Made by a program: the position numbers and the translations under genes | Notes under the pieces: model-generated | What the model was told of the DNA's origin: nothing | Database searches by the model: none | What the model saw: only the letters and a program-made list of their open reading frames with translations | Shown here: positions 22,270 to 34,231 of the stretch, one piece after another | How the letters are laid out: each line of letters starts with the position of its first letter | How positions within the stretch are numbered: the stretch's first letter is position 1 | NCBI RefSeq assembly: GCF_963921235.1 | Contig: NC_086097.1 | Location: 2,046,001 to 2,110,000 of the forward strand | From: Mobula hypostoma | Lineage: Eukaryota | Length of the DNA stretch: 64,000 nucleotides | Direction: 5' to 3'

Positions 22270-23126
22270 ATGGCGAAATCAGAGGTTACAGTGGGACACT
22301 GATAGGATGCAAAACTGGGCTGAGAAGTGGCAGATGGAGTTCAACCCAGATAAGTGTGAGGTGGTTCATTTTGGTAGGTCAAATATGATGGCAGAATAGA
22401 ATATTGATGGTAAGACTCTTGGCAGTGTGGAGGATCAGAGGGATCTTGGGGTCTGAGTCCATAGGGCACTCAAAGCTGCTGTGCAGGTTGACTCTGTGGT
22501 TAAGAAGGCGTATGGTGCATTGGCCTTCATCAATCGTGGGATTGAGTTTAAGAGCCAAGAGGTAATGTTACAGCTATATAGGATCCTGGTCAGACCCCAC
22601 TTGGAGTACTGTGCTCAGTTCTGGTCGCCTCACTGCAGGAAGGATATGGAAATCATAGAAAGGGTGCAGAGGAGATTTACAAGGATGTTACCTGGACAGG
22701 GGAGCATGACTTATGAGATTAGGTTGAGTGAACTTGGCCTTTTTTCCTTGGAGTGATGGAGGATTTGAGGTGACCTGATAGAGGTGTACAAGATGATGAG
22801 AGGCATTAATCGTGTGGATAGTCAGAGGCTTTTTCCCAGGGCTGAAATGGTTGCCACAAGAGGGTACAGTTTTAAGGTGCTGTGGAGTAGGTACAGAAGA
22901 GATGTCAGGGGTAAGTTTTTTACACAGAGAGTGGTGAGTGTGTGGAATGGGCTGCTGGTGATGGTGGTAGTGGCAGAAACGATAGGGTCTTTTAAGAGAC
23001 TTTTCGATAGGTACATGGAGATCAAGGCTAGGGGTAACCCTAAGTAATCTCTAAGGTAAGGACATGGTCGGCACAGTTTTGTGGGCCGAAGGGCCTGTAT
23101 TGTGCTGTAGGTTTTCTATGTTTCTA
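22270..23126 (+). mobile_element. CR1 (second family) 3' part
   Basis: WAEKWQMEFNPDKC, LVRPHLEYCAQFWSP, FFTQRVV; tttctatg tail. Confidence 0.9.
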
Positions 23127-24647
23127 TCCTTTCTCTGCCATTAATACTGTGAGCATAATGACGGATGAGGAAGCTCCTTAACTCAACATCCGATTTACTC
23201 TGATAAACACAAAACAGACAGACTGGGCACCATGGTAAATGCCTCCTTGCCTCCTGGCACCTCCTTGCCTCCACCATTGTTGCCGGCAGCCTATTCCATG
23301 CACTCACCACTCTCTGCATAAAACACTTACCCCTGACATCTCCTCTGTACCGGAGAGTGAACACGACCAGTCTCACCACACAGAGAAGTGACCATCACAC
23401 ACCCCAGCTATTGTTAGGGTGACCCGCAAATACACAAGCAAATAACTGTGTAATTGCTAAAACTTAACAGTAAACAAACTGGAACTTCCCCCCATAATCC
23501 CACAAAAGCATTTTAACACAAGAACGATAAACAGTGCTGGTCATTAGAAATGCAGGAGCAGATTGTCGAGCATGTGTGCCCCGTCCCAGAGCATCACAAT
23601 ACTTATATCAGAGCAGCCTTCGGCCTCCTTTCCTCCGGGAAAAACAATCTCAGTTTATCTATTCTCTCTCCACAACTAATGTCTAGCAGACCAGGCAACA
23701 CCCCGGTGAAAAGCATGAGCTACTAAAGGAACTCACCTGGGCCAGTCAGCTTGTTTAGAAAGAAACAGACAGTCAGCTTGTGAACTTTCATTTGGACAGG
23801 CCGTAATGTTGACGGCACATTTCCCAGCAGAGATGCTGCTGGTAATCCGGGTGAAGTTTTCACCTGAACAACCTGCAGCCCATTTCCCATCGGAGGTGCT
23901 GCCTGACCTTCTCCAGCAGACTGATTTTGGCTCCAGATTCCAGCATCTGCAGTCTCTTATTCACCATCCTGGTGAATCTCCTCTGTACTCAATCCCGCAC
24001 AAGCACTTTCTTCGTATACTGAAACAGTACACAATACAAGAGATGCTTATTGGCAAGCTCCCTATTAAGGATCTATTGTTTTCCATAATAATCTGCAAAT
24101 GTTGATATTTAATTTCACTTCTTTAAGTAGATATTTCTACGTAGAGAAAGGAGGAAATCTCTAGTTGTTAACCTTTAGGAAGCTCACGAGTTTCACAGCT
24201 GTTTGAATCTCAGGCAGCGATTCAATCTAACTTTCGAAACTTATTCACAACCTGGTCTTGAGTCATTTAGTACGATTCTACAGTTATTTTAATAAGGATT
24301 ATGATTAATTCCATCTCCAGTAAAAGGCACTTCAATATTTAATTTTGTTTATGAATCAGAATATTGACACCACAGTGGTATTGTTGTATATTCTTTGTTT
24401 TGTGCAGTTTGGTTCCTTCCCAAATCCCCAAGAGATGTGAATTGATCACTGCAAATTGTCACTGGTGCGTAGGTGAGTAGCTGAATCTGGTGGGGACGGG
24501 ATCAGAATGTGGGCGAATTTATCAAAAACGTGGGGTCAATGTAATTTTGATTTCATTAATTGCTTGATAATCGGTATGGACTCAATAAACGGAAGAGCCT
24601 GCTTCCACAACGCCTAATTCTATGATAACTAGACGGCATGTGCTATT

Positions 24648-25472
24648 GATAGAGTGGATGTGGAGAGGATGTTTCCTGTGGTGGGAGAGTCTAAGACCAG
24701 AGGACACAGCCTCAGAATAGAGGGGCGTCCTTTTAGAATGGAGATGAGGAGGAATTTATTTATCCAGAGAGTGGTGAATCTGTGGAACTCTTGGCCACAG
24801 GCGGCTGTGGAGGTTAAATCATCGGGTATATTTAAGGCAGAGGTTGTAGACTCTTACATGAAGGGATATGAGGAGAAGGCAGGAGATTGGAGCTGAGAGG
24901 GAAAATGGATCAGCCGTGATGAAATGGCGGAGCAGACTCAATGAGCCAAGTGGCTTAATTCTGCTTCTATATCTTATGGTCTTACGTTGCAGAAGAGGCT
25001 TACCAGGCTGCTGCCTGGATGAGAGGGCATGTGCTACAAGAGGTTGGACAAACTTGGGTTCTTTTCTCTGGAGTGGCAGAGGTTGAGGAGAGATCTGATG
25101 GAGCTTTATAAGATTATGGAAGGCACAGATAGAATAGACAGTATCTTTTTCCAGAGTGGAGACGTCTAATACCAGAGGGCATACATTTAAGGTGAGGGGG
25201 GGGTAAGTTCAAAGTCGTGAGGGGCAAGTATTTTTACAGAGAGTGGAGGGTGTCTGGAACGTGCTGCCTGGGGTGGTGTAGAGGCAGATACATCAGAGAC
25301 GTTTGAGGGACAGTTTAGACGCACATGAATGTGAGGAAAATGGAGGGATAGGGACATTGTGTAGGCCGAAGAGACTAACTTAGTTGGCCAGTTGATTACT
25401 AATTCATTTGGTTCGATACAACATTGTGGGCCAAGGGCCTGTTCCTGTGCTGTACCATTCTATTGTTTTATG
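24648..25472 (+). mobile_element. Two adjacent CR1 3' ends (about 24648-24985 and 24988-25472)
   Basis: TRGHSLRIEGRPF..QRVVNLWNS with a cttatggt tail; second degraded copy of a different CR1 family. Confidence 0.8.
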
Positions 25473-25677
25473 TTAACTAACTAGAGAAGATTTGATTCCA
25501 TGATAACAATAACCATCAAGATAAGATATTAGATGAAGCTTAATTCTGGTTATTGCAGATACATAGAGAATATGTAGAATTTGTACTCATTAGCTAAAAC
25601 ATTTTGATTGCTAAGTAGTTAGTTTTGAGTTTAAATAATCAAAATCAAATTAATGCAAAAAAAACATAACCCAGCAC

Positions 25678-26092
25678 TACAATCAGAATCAGGTTGAATC
25701 TCACTGTGATATGGTGTGAAATTTGTTGTTTTGTGGCAGCAGGGCATTGCAATACTGAATAATAAAAACTGTAAATTACTGTAAAAAGTGTAAGTACTAA
25801 AGACATTAAATTAAGTTGTGCAAAAACAGAAAAAAAAATGAGATTGTGTAAGTGGGTTCATTGTCTATCCAGAAATCTGAAGGCAGAGGGGATTCCTGAA
25901 TCGCTGAGTGTGTGTCTTCAGGCTCCTGTACCTTCTCCCTGACGGTAGCGATGAGGAGAGGGCACGCCCTGTGTGATGGGGGCCCTCAGTGATGGATGCT
26001 GCCTTTCGAGGCACCGCTCCTCCATCATGTCACAAAGCTGGGGTGGCTAGCGCCCATGATGGAGCTGAGTGAGTTTACAGCTTTCTGCAGCC
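25678..26092 (-). mobile_element. Rex1-type LINE 3' end
   Basis: Reverse complement resembles 1-500 (agaatcaggtt tail; RRYRSLKTHTQRFRN). Confidence 0.75.
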
Positions 26093-26479
26093 CAAATAGC
26101 AGTGTGACAGTTCCTCATCTGTTTCCCCGGTTACTGTTTGCCTGCAATATAAATCACACTGATAATTAAATAGAAGATTTACTGCCCTTCAGCTCTATCT
26201 ATAATCCAGGCACAAAAAAGGACAATTCTTCCTAATCCTGCACAATCATGACTTGGACAGCTAATACCACATTTATTGCTGCTGCACTGATAGACAAGGA
26301 GGAAATTGATTTTCTCTCTGCCTAGCAAGGTTGATAAAATGATCCAGTATAAAGTATGCAACAATACCTTATGATGGTTCTCAACCAAGTGAGCTTTGTG
26401 AAAATGAATAACTGCGATGAAAACTATAAAAAGAAAACTAAAATGAACATGTTTTAATATGCAACATGGTGCCTGTGAA

Positions 26480-26842
26480 AAGACCATAACACCATAAGAT
26501 ATCGGAGCAGAACTAGACCATCTGTCCTGTCACTCTGCTCCGCCATTTCATCATGGCTGATTTATTATCCCTCCCAATCCTATTCACCTGCTTTCTCCTC
26601 ATAACCTTTTACTAATCATGAACTTATCAACCTCTGCTTTAAGTATACTCAAAGACTTGGGCTCCACAGCCGTCCGCGGCAATGAATTCCACAGATTCAC
26701 CACTCTCTGAGGAAAGAAATTCCTCATCTCTGTCCTAAGCGAATGTCCCTCTATTCTGAGCATGCGTCCTCTGGTCCTAGACTCTCTCACCAAAAGAAAT
26801 ATTCTCTCCACATGCACTGTATTTAGGCCTTTTATTATTCGA
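26480..26842 (-). mobile_element. CR1 3' end
   Basis: FFPQRVVNLWNSLP; accataag-type tail repeats. Confidence 0.85.
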
Positions 26843-27088
26843 TATCGTGGTAGAAAGTTCGTGAACCCTGAATTTTCTCTATTTCTGCATAAATATGGGT
26901 TCTCTTTACCTATCCTAAAGCTGGATAAAGAGAACACAGTTAAATAAATAACACTAAAAAAAATCACACTTGTTCATTTGTTTATTGAGAAAAATGATTG
27001 GGAATTACATGTATTGTTGGAAAAAGTATGTGAACCACTGAGGTAATGCCTCCTATAAAAGCTATTTGGAGTCAGATGTTCCAATCAG
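26843..27088 (+). mobile_element. Tc1-like (IR/DR type) transposon end
   Basis: Outer repeat gtggtagaaagttcgtgaacc and inner direct repeat gaaaaagtatgtgaacc (about 27020-27036), about 170 bp apart. Confidence 0.55.
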
Positions 27089-27090
27089 TG

Positions 27091-27890
27091 AACACACACA
27101 AAATGCTGGAGGAACCCAGCAGGCCAGGCAGCATCTAAGGAAAAGAGTATAGTCAATGTTTTGGGCCGAGACCCTTCAGCAGGACTGGAGAGAAAAAGAT
27201 GAGTATATTTAAAAGGTGGGGGGAGGGGAAAGGGTGAGGAACACAGAGTGATAGGTGTTACCAGGAGGGGATGGATGAAGTAAAGAGCTGGGAAGTTGAT
27301 TCATGAAAGAGATACGGGGCTAGAGAAGAGGGAATCTAATAGAAGAGGACAGAAGCTCTGGTCTTATCTTCTTGCCTGCCCATTGCCTCCCACACCCTTT
27401 CTCTTTCTTCCATGAGGTGTAGGGGCAGGTTCCACCTGCCTCCTCCCTCACTACCATTCAGGGACCCAAACTGTTCTTCCAGGTGAGGCGACACTTCACC
27501 AGTGAGTCTGTTGGGAACATATACTGTGTCCGGTGCTCCCGGTATGGCCTCCTGTATATCGATGAGACCCGATGTAGATTGGGAGACCACTTCACCGAGC
27601 ACCGATGCTTTGTCCACCAGAAAAACCCAGATCTCCCAGTGGCCACCCATTTTAATTCCACTTCCCATTCCCATTCCAATATGGCCATCCATGGCCTCCT
27701 CCACTGTCGTGATGAGGCCACACTTAGGTTGGAGGAACAACACCTTGTATTCCATTTGGGTAGCCTCCAACCTGATGGTATGAACATCGATTTCTCAAAC
27801 TTCCCCCTCCCCCACCTTCACTAGTCCCCATCCCCTTTTCCCTCTCTCACCTTATCTCCTGCCTGCCCATCATCACCCTCTGGTGCTTTG
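27091..27890. mobile_element. Penelope-like element: inverted pLTR (minus, 27091-27360) plus GIY-YIG fragment (plus, 27360-27890)
   Basis: ORF 27483-27824 NIYCVRCSRYGLLYIDETRCRLGDHFTEH..LRLEEQHL..GMN is a GIY-YIG endonuclease; degenerate hammerhead at about 27150-27187 on the minus strand. Confidence 0.85.
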
Positions 27891-27891
27891 G

Positions 27892-28290
27892 CAAACTCAA
27901 AGGTCTTAAGGTAGATACGTCACCTGGACCAGATGGACTACATCCCAGAGTCCTGAGAGACACTACTGAAGAGATAGGTGATGCATTAGTCATGATCTTT
28001 CAAGAATCACTTGATTCTAGTATGGTCCCCAAAAACCAGAAGATTGCAAATGTCACTCCACTCTTTAAAAAAGGAGGCAGGTGAAAGAAAGGAAATTATA
28101 GGGCATAATGATAAAATAAGTCAACGTCAGCATGGTTTCTGTCAAGGGAAATCTTGCCTGACAAATTTGGTAGAGTTCTTTGAGGAAGTAACAAGCAAGG
28201 TGGACAAAGGAGAGGCAGTGGATGTCATTTACCTGGATTTTCAGAAGGTGTTTGTTAAGGTGCCATGCATAAGGCTGCTTATCAAGATAT
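27892..28290 (+). mobile_element. CR1 RT fragment, internally deleted
   Basis: SPGPDGLHPRVL, QHGF..KSCLTNL, YLDFQK. Confidence 0.8.
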
Positions 28291-28415
28291 AAAACAATAA
28301 GGTACAAGGTCATAATGAGGTAAATCATGAGATCAAGAGCCTGTCTTATCATACTAGGATATGATAAATCTTATAACATCACAAAATCACTTCTACCAAC
28401 TGCAAAGAAATTTAC

Positions 28416-28540
28416 AGAGGAATTGGTGAACCTTTTCTCAGGTGCATTGGAGAAGAGGAATTGGTGAACCCTTTCTCAGGTGCATTGGAGAAGAGGAATT
28501 GGTAAACCCTTTCTCAGGTGCACAGGAGAAGAGGAATTTG
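28416..28540. repeat. ~38-bp tandem repeat, about 3.3 copies
   Basis: agaggaattggtgaaccctttctcaggtgcattggaga repeated. Confidence 0.85.
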
Positions 28541-29449
28541 CAAAGGCCCAACTGTTCTCTGGCATCCACTGATCCAGCACACACCAGAAATCTAGGCTGG
28601 AACCTCCTGGTTGGTTCTGTTTTAAAACTACCCACACTTCGCGCTCAAAGGAGTTTGGTAGCATTGAGCTGTAGGTGGCACTTTTGATCAATAAAACAGT
28701 CAAACTATTGAAGGCTATTAATTTTGACATTTTATGTAAAAGGTGAAATGGTTGAAACATTCTACAGAAAAGGAGAAACCTTCAGAGAGAGGCGTAGTTA
28801 ATATCTCAAAGATTTATTTTTCATGTGAACTCTTTAACCTGAAATACAAACTCTTTCTCACTGCACTTGCGTTTCTATTTCATGCTTAAACCATTTTAAT
28901 ATTAATGTTTATTGCCATTCCATATAAAGCTTCAGCACTGATGAAAGGTAAAGCTCCATTATGCTTGGGGCAGCTTCCACGAAGTGTTATCTAACTAGTC
29001 CAATTTGCCTTTCAATGAATTGTAACCTTCTACACCATCTTCAATCTGTCCTTTTGTTTATGATGCACAAGTTCATGAGACACCAACAGAACATTTTAAG
29101 ATGTGTTTCAGGATCTAGGTCAAATTATTAACCAAATCTAGCTGCAGAGCATTTGCACATTCGAATGACTTCCGGATAGACCCAATAGGCCAAAATGGCC
29201 TAATTCTGTTGGTATATCTGATAGTCTTATAAACTTGGCAACTTGGCTGCCCTTGTAAAATCAGAAGTAACAAGCTTGGCTGTTACCCTTGATTCAGATA
29301 TCAGTTTTAAATGCCACATAAAGAAAGTGACCAGAGCAGCGTTTCTACACTGAGGAAACATTGCAAAGGTACAGAACATTCGATTCTGTCACGTAATGAT
29401 GTTAAAAAACTAATTCACACCTTTATATTGAAGAGACTAGATAAGAACA

Positions 29450-30328
29450 CAGATTCACCACTCTCTGGGAAAAGCAGTTCCTCCTCATCTCCATCCTAAA
29501 TCTACTCCCCCAAATCTTGAGGCTGTGTCCCCGAGTTCTAGTCTCACCTACCAGTGGAAACAACTTTCCTGCCTCTATCTTATCTATCCCTTTCATAATT
29601 TTGTATGTTTCTATAAGATCCCCTCTCGTTCTTCTGAATTCCAGAGAGTATAGTCCCAGGCAACTCAATCTCTCCTCACCTTCATCCCTGGAATCAACCT
29701 GGTGAACCTCGTCTGCACTGCCTCCAAAGCCAGTATATCCTTCCTCAAGTATGGAAACCAGAACTGCACACAGAACTCCAGGTGCAGCCTCACCAGTACC
29801 CTGTATAGTTGCAGCGTGACCTCCCTGCTCTTGAATTCAATCCCTCTAGCAATGAAGGCCAACATTCCATCTGCCTTCCTGATAGTCTGCTGTACCTGCA
29901 AACCAACCTTGTGTGATTCATGCACAAGCACTCCCAAGTCCCTCTGCCCAGCAGCATGCTGCAATTTTATACCATTTAAATAATAATCTGCTCTTCTATT
30001 TTCCTTCCAAAGTGGATGACCTCACATTTACCAACATTGTATTCCATCTGCCAGACCTTGGCCCACTCATTTAACCTATCTTTATCTCTCTGCAGACTCT
30101 CCATATCTTCGGCACAATTTGCTTTTCTGCTCAATTTAGTCTCATCAGCAAACTTAGATACACTACACTCAGTCCCCTCTTCCAGATCATTAATGTATAT
30201 CGTGAACAGTTGTGGCCCAGCACCGACCCCTCTGGCACACCACTCACCACTGACTGCCAACCAGAGTAACACCCATGTATCCCAACTGTCTGCTTTCTAT
30301 TAGTTAACCAATCCTCTATCCATGCTAA
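29450..30328 (-). mobile_element. CR1 RT/3' fragment
   Basis: GPQLFTIYINDL, KFADETKL, FSQRVVNL. Confidence 0.9.
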
Positions 30329-30440
30329 TTACTGCAATGCACTCCTCACAGGTCCTCCAAAGCAACCTACTGGCAAACTTCTACACATTTAGAATGCTGA
30401 TGCTAGACTTTTAACTAAGAACAGAATGAGGGAACATAAG

Positions 30441-30537
30441 AGGTCCTGATGAAGGGTTTTGGACTGAAATGTTGACTGTACTCTTTTCCATGGATGCTGC
30501 GTAGCCTGCTGAGTTCCTCTAGCATTTTGTGTGTGTT
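30441..30537 (+). mobile_element. Penelope pLTR end with minimal type I hammerhead remnant
   Basis: gtc-CTGATGA(30446-30452)-agggttttggact-GAAAT-gtt-gac, then gatgctgc..cctgctgagttcctc..gcattttgtgtgtgtt. TSD-like gagggaacata/gagggagcaga. Confidence 0.75.
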
Positions 30538-30630
30538 GAGGGAGCAGATCACTCCTGTCCTAGCTACTCTGCATTGGCTTCCTGTATATTTTAGAATTGA
30601 CTTTAAAATTCTCTCAGTTGTTTTAAGGCT

Positions 30631-31058
30631 CTCAATGGCCACAACATCATAGCTCCAAGTACTGATCCACGCTCTAAGCTCATCCGCTTTGTTCATGATT
30701 CTTCTTGCATTAAAATAGACACATCTCAAACCATTGGTCTGAGTGTATCCCTTCTCTATCACCTGCCTATCCTCCCTCACACACTGTCTCCAAGCTTTCT
30801 CTATTTGTGAGCCAACCGCCTCTTCCCCAGTCACTTCAGTTTGGTTCCCATCCCCTGCGATTCTAGTTTAAACTCTCCCCAATAGCATTAGCAAACCTCC
30901 CCGCCAGGATATTGATCCCCCTGGACAGGTCACACCTGCCCCAAAAGAGGTCCCAATGATCCAGAAATCTGAATCCTTGCCCCCTGCTCCAATCTCTCAG
31001 CCACGCATTTATCCTCCACCTCACTCTATTCCAATACTCAATGTCACGTGGCACGGGT
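30631..31058 (-). mobile_element. CR1 ORF1 end / ORF2 start fragment
   Basis: WRINAWLRDWSRGQGFRFLDHWDLF; YFNARRIMNKADEL. Confidence 0.85.
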
Positions 31059-31059
31059 A

Positions 31060-32604
31060 GTACTGGTTTCTCAAATGCTAGGAACTTACTGACAATTCTA
31101 GTGGTGTTTAGTGTTGTGGCTTTCTGGAGATTTACATCAATATTGCCGTGTAAGCCGAATTGTTTAATGCTATTGTGTAGTGACGTTGGGACTAAACCAA
31201 TTGTAGATATAACTATTGGGACAATGTGTATCCTGTTCATGTTCCATAGTCTTTCAATTCCTCTTTTATGTTTCTGGTGTTTTTCACATGTATTTTTGTC
31301 TATTGTAAACATTTGGAACAAGTAAGTTGTTATAGCTTGTTTTTTCTGTAATATTATATGTAGCAGGTTATTATGGATTGTCCTGTCTGTAGTAACAGAT
31401 CAGTCGTAATATAATTTGAAGGATTCTTACTATAAAACTGGACTAGTCTCACATTTATAGTAAGGTATGGTTTCTTTTATGAGTTTGTTTTTTAAAGCAA
31501 GACATTGGTGAATGATGTTTACCACTTGATTGTGCCTGTGTCAGTAATCAGATTGAGTTAAACCGCTGCAGGATCCTGTGATGTGTTGGATTGTTTCTGG
31601 TTTCATTTGGCATTTTCTGCATTTAGCATCTTGGTTTTTTTGGTCTTTTATTGTGTATTTTTGATCATTGTTTGTATTAACCACCTGGTCCTGTATTGCC
31701 CTAAGGAACTCCTCTGTTTCTAGGAAGAGGTCTCCAACTGTGAGCCAGGTGTTCAATGCTTCCTTGTCGACATCTAGTCTGCTCAGATCATGGGGATGTC
31801 TTCCATGGAGGGTCATGCTGTTCAATTGGTTAACTCTTTCTTCAATAGTGATAATTTCTTCATTTTTCTGGGTTTTGCTTTAATTTTAGTCGTGTATACT
31901 TGTTACCAGAATCGCATATGCTCACATGAAGTGCTGAATCCTGTTTTTACTAATAAAAATATATCCTTAAATGTTATATCTGACTGTTGTGTAAATATTT
32001 TAAGTCTGTTATTCTTCTTCCTCCTTCTGTCCTAGGTAGTGTTAATCTAAGCATGTTTGAGTATACATAGTTTTCTAAAATTTGTCATTGGAGTTCTTAT
32101 TTTTCTGTGTAACTTTTCCAGATCAGTTTCAGACCAAGACATTATGCCAAAAGAATATGTTAATAAGGGGACAGTGAAAGTGTTTATTGCCTTTCTTATA
32201 ATTTTTACTATTCAGCTCTGTTTGACAGAATTTTTTAAGCCTTGAGGTAATTTTTGTTGAAAATTTCCCCCTTTATCACACTATGATCTATTTTCTTTGC
32301 TTGTTGACATCCCAGATACTCATATATTTCATATGTACCCCGCTGCTCTGTTTTACATTCTCCCAGCTCTATTTCCCCTTTATGTTTAATATTCTGCACT
32401 TATCTAGTCCAAAGTTCATGTTTATATCTTTTCAAAATATTTCTACTGTTTGTATTAATTGCTTTAAGTTTACTGATGAAGGAACGTCTAATTTCAAGTC
32501 ATCCATGTATAGAAGATGTGTTAAGGTATAACTTGTTTCAATGTTTCTGATTTGATAATAGATTTTCATCCCATTCGGTAAATTAGAGAGCAGATTTATT
32601 TCTG
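31060..32604 (-). mobile_element. R4-clade (Dong-like) RLE non-LTR retrotransposon remnant
   Basis: HLLYMDDLKL (about 32490-32520), LHGRH, AIQDQV, CRKC..ETIQHITGSC..RH, IVPIVISTIGLVP, LQKATTLNTTRIVSKFL; AT-rich; abuts a (TAA)n tract. Confidence 0.82.
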
Positions 32605-33544
32605 TTATTATTATTATTATTACTACTTCTACTAATACTACTATCTTGGTGGAATTAGATCAAAATCCATCCTGGGCATGCTTTCCCCTCTGGCATGTTG
32701 TGTGGCACAACGTAATAGATCACATAAGACAGAAGGCGTTTGCTTATTTCTTGCGTTGGAGATATGGCTTCATTCACGTAGATCAGTAAAGCTAACTCCT
32801 TCATGGAATACCCTTCTGGATTGGGGAGGTGCCAACAGAACGCAAATGTCAATAGCTTATTCTCTGTGACCCTGAAAGAGGATTTAGACCCAAAGGTCTG
32901 AACTAGACTGCCTGTATGTCTTTGCTAAGTTTGCTTTGTTCGTCAGCTCTAATCCTTTATGCCAATGACACGCCACTGAATTTGGTAATGGTGGTTTTAC
33001 CTTCCGAGGCATACCAGAGTCAGGATTAATATCACTGAGAAACGGGAAATGTTTTCTTTTCTTGCTGCAATACATTACAATATATCATAGTAAAAAGACT
33101 ATAACGTAAATATACATATAAAATTAAATGAATAGCGCAAAAAGAGAGCAAAAAAAGTAGTGATGCAGTAATCTTGTGTCCATTGTCCATTTAGAAATCT
33201 GACAGCAGAGAGAAAGGAGCTGAGTGAAACTATGTCAGTGGCTCCTGAGTTGTTTTTAAGAGAAGACACTATTGGTCTATTAGTTATACCCACTCCCCTC
33301 CTCCCGCAAATCTCCAAGCAATAGTACTTCAGAGCATTTCTGACAAGTGCTCTCAGCACTGTAGCTCAGGATGATGGTGTGCTGAATATATTGCATTGTC
33401 TTTACTTTTCATGTCAATCTTCAAACAAAGTTATGTCATTATTAATAATGAGTATGTTACGGACATGCTGAAATCCTTAGCATCACCCTGCCCACATATC
33501 CTACAAGATTTTGAGCAGATTGGGAGCCAGTAGTTGAGATTCTG

Positions 33545-33720
33545 AGCTCTGGAATTCCTCACCTCCATCTCTGCCATCTTCATCTCTGTTCCTCTGGAAT
33601 TCCTTACCTCCATCTCTGCCATCTTCATCTCTGTTTCTTTGGAATTCCTCACCTCCATCTCTGTCCCTCTGGAATTCCTCATCTCCATCTCTGCCCATCT
33701 TCGTCTCTGTCTCTCTGGCC
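33545..33720. repeat. Pyrimidine-rich ~45/30-bp tandem repeat
   Basis: Four copies of tggaattcctcacctccatctctg(ccatcttcatctctg). Confidence 0.85.
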
Positions 33721-33775
33721 TCTCTAAGACCCACTGTAAAGGCCACCTACTTAGCCCAAATTCTATGCTAATATT

Positions 33776-34112
33776 AGACCATAAAACATAGGAGTAGAAT
33801 TAGGCCATTCCACCCATCGAGTCTGCTCCACCATTCCATCATGGCTGATTTATTATTCCCCTCAACTCCATTCTCTGTCTTCTCCCTGTAACCTGTGATG
33901 ACCTGACTAACCTATTTTAAATACACACAATGACTTGGCCTCCGCAGCTGTCTGTGCAATGAATTCCACAGATTCACCACACTCTGGCTAAAGAAATTCC
34001 TCCTGATCTCTATTCAAAATGGATGTCCCTCTATTCTAAAACTGTTCCCTCTGGTCTTAGACTCTCCCACTATAGGAAACATCCTCTCCACATCCACTCT
34101 ATCCAGGCCTTT
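33776..34112 (-). mobile_element. CR1 3' end
   Basis: Same 3' end as 26480-26842. Confidence 0.85.
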
Positions 34113-34231
34113 TTGATTATGTGACTCTGATGTTCCTTGTGATAGTTCCCGTCAGCAAGATGGCCATGTATAGAGACTGGTTTGTTTATTATGTGCTGTG
34201 TTGTATGAGGTAGGTCTTTACCTACCTCATA

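Larger units (their letters stand above)
29250..30630 (+). mobile_element. L2 LINE 3' ORF fragment split by CR1 and PLE insertions
   Basis: LIHTFI..RLD|YCNALL..NADARLLT..|ITPVLATLHWLPVYFRIDFKIL across pieces 29250-29440, 30329-30438 and 30538-30630. Confidence 0.75.

Noticed and set aside
26368..26423. Possible minus-strand 56-nt exon (ttttctttttatag acceptor, aag|gtattg donor)
   Set aside because: Peptides (FIAVIHFHKAHLVENHHK or FSSQLFIFTKLTWLRTII) not recognised and no partner exons found; needs RNA-seq.
33431..33746. Charged repetitive ORFs (EMEVRNS.., RDEDGRDG..)
   Set aside because: Translation of a purine/pyrimidine-skewed tandem repeat.
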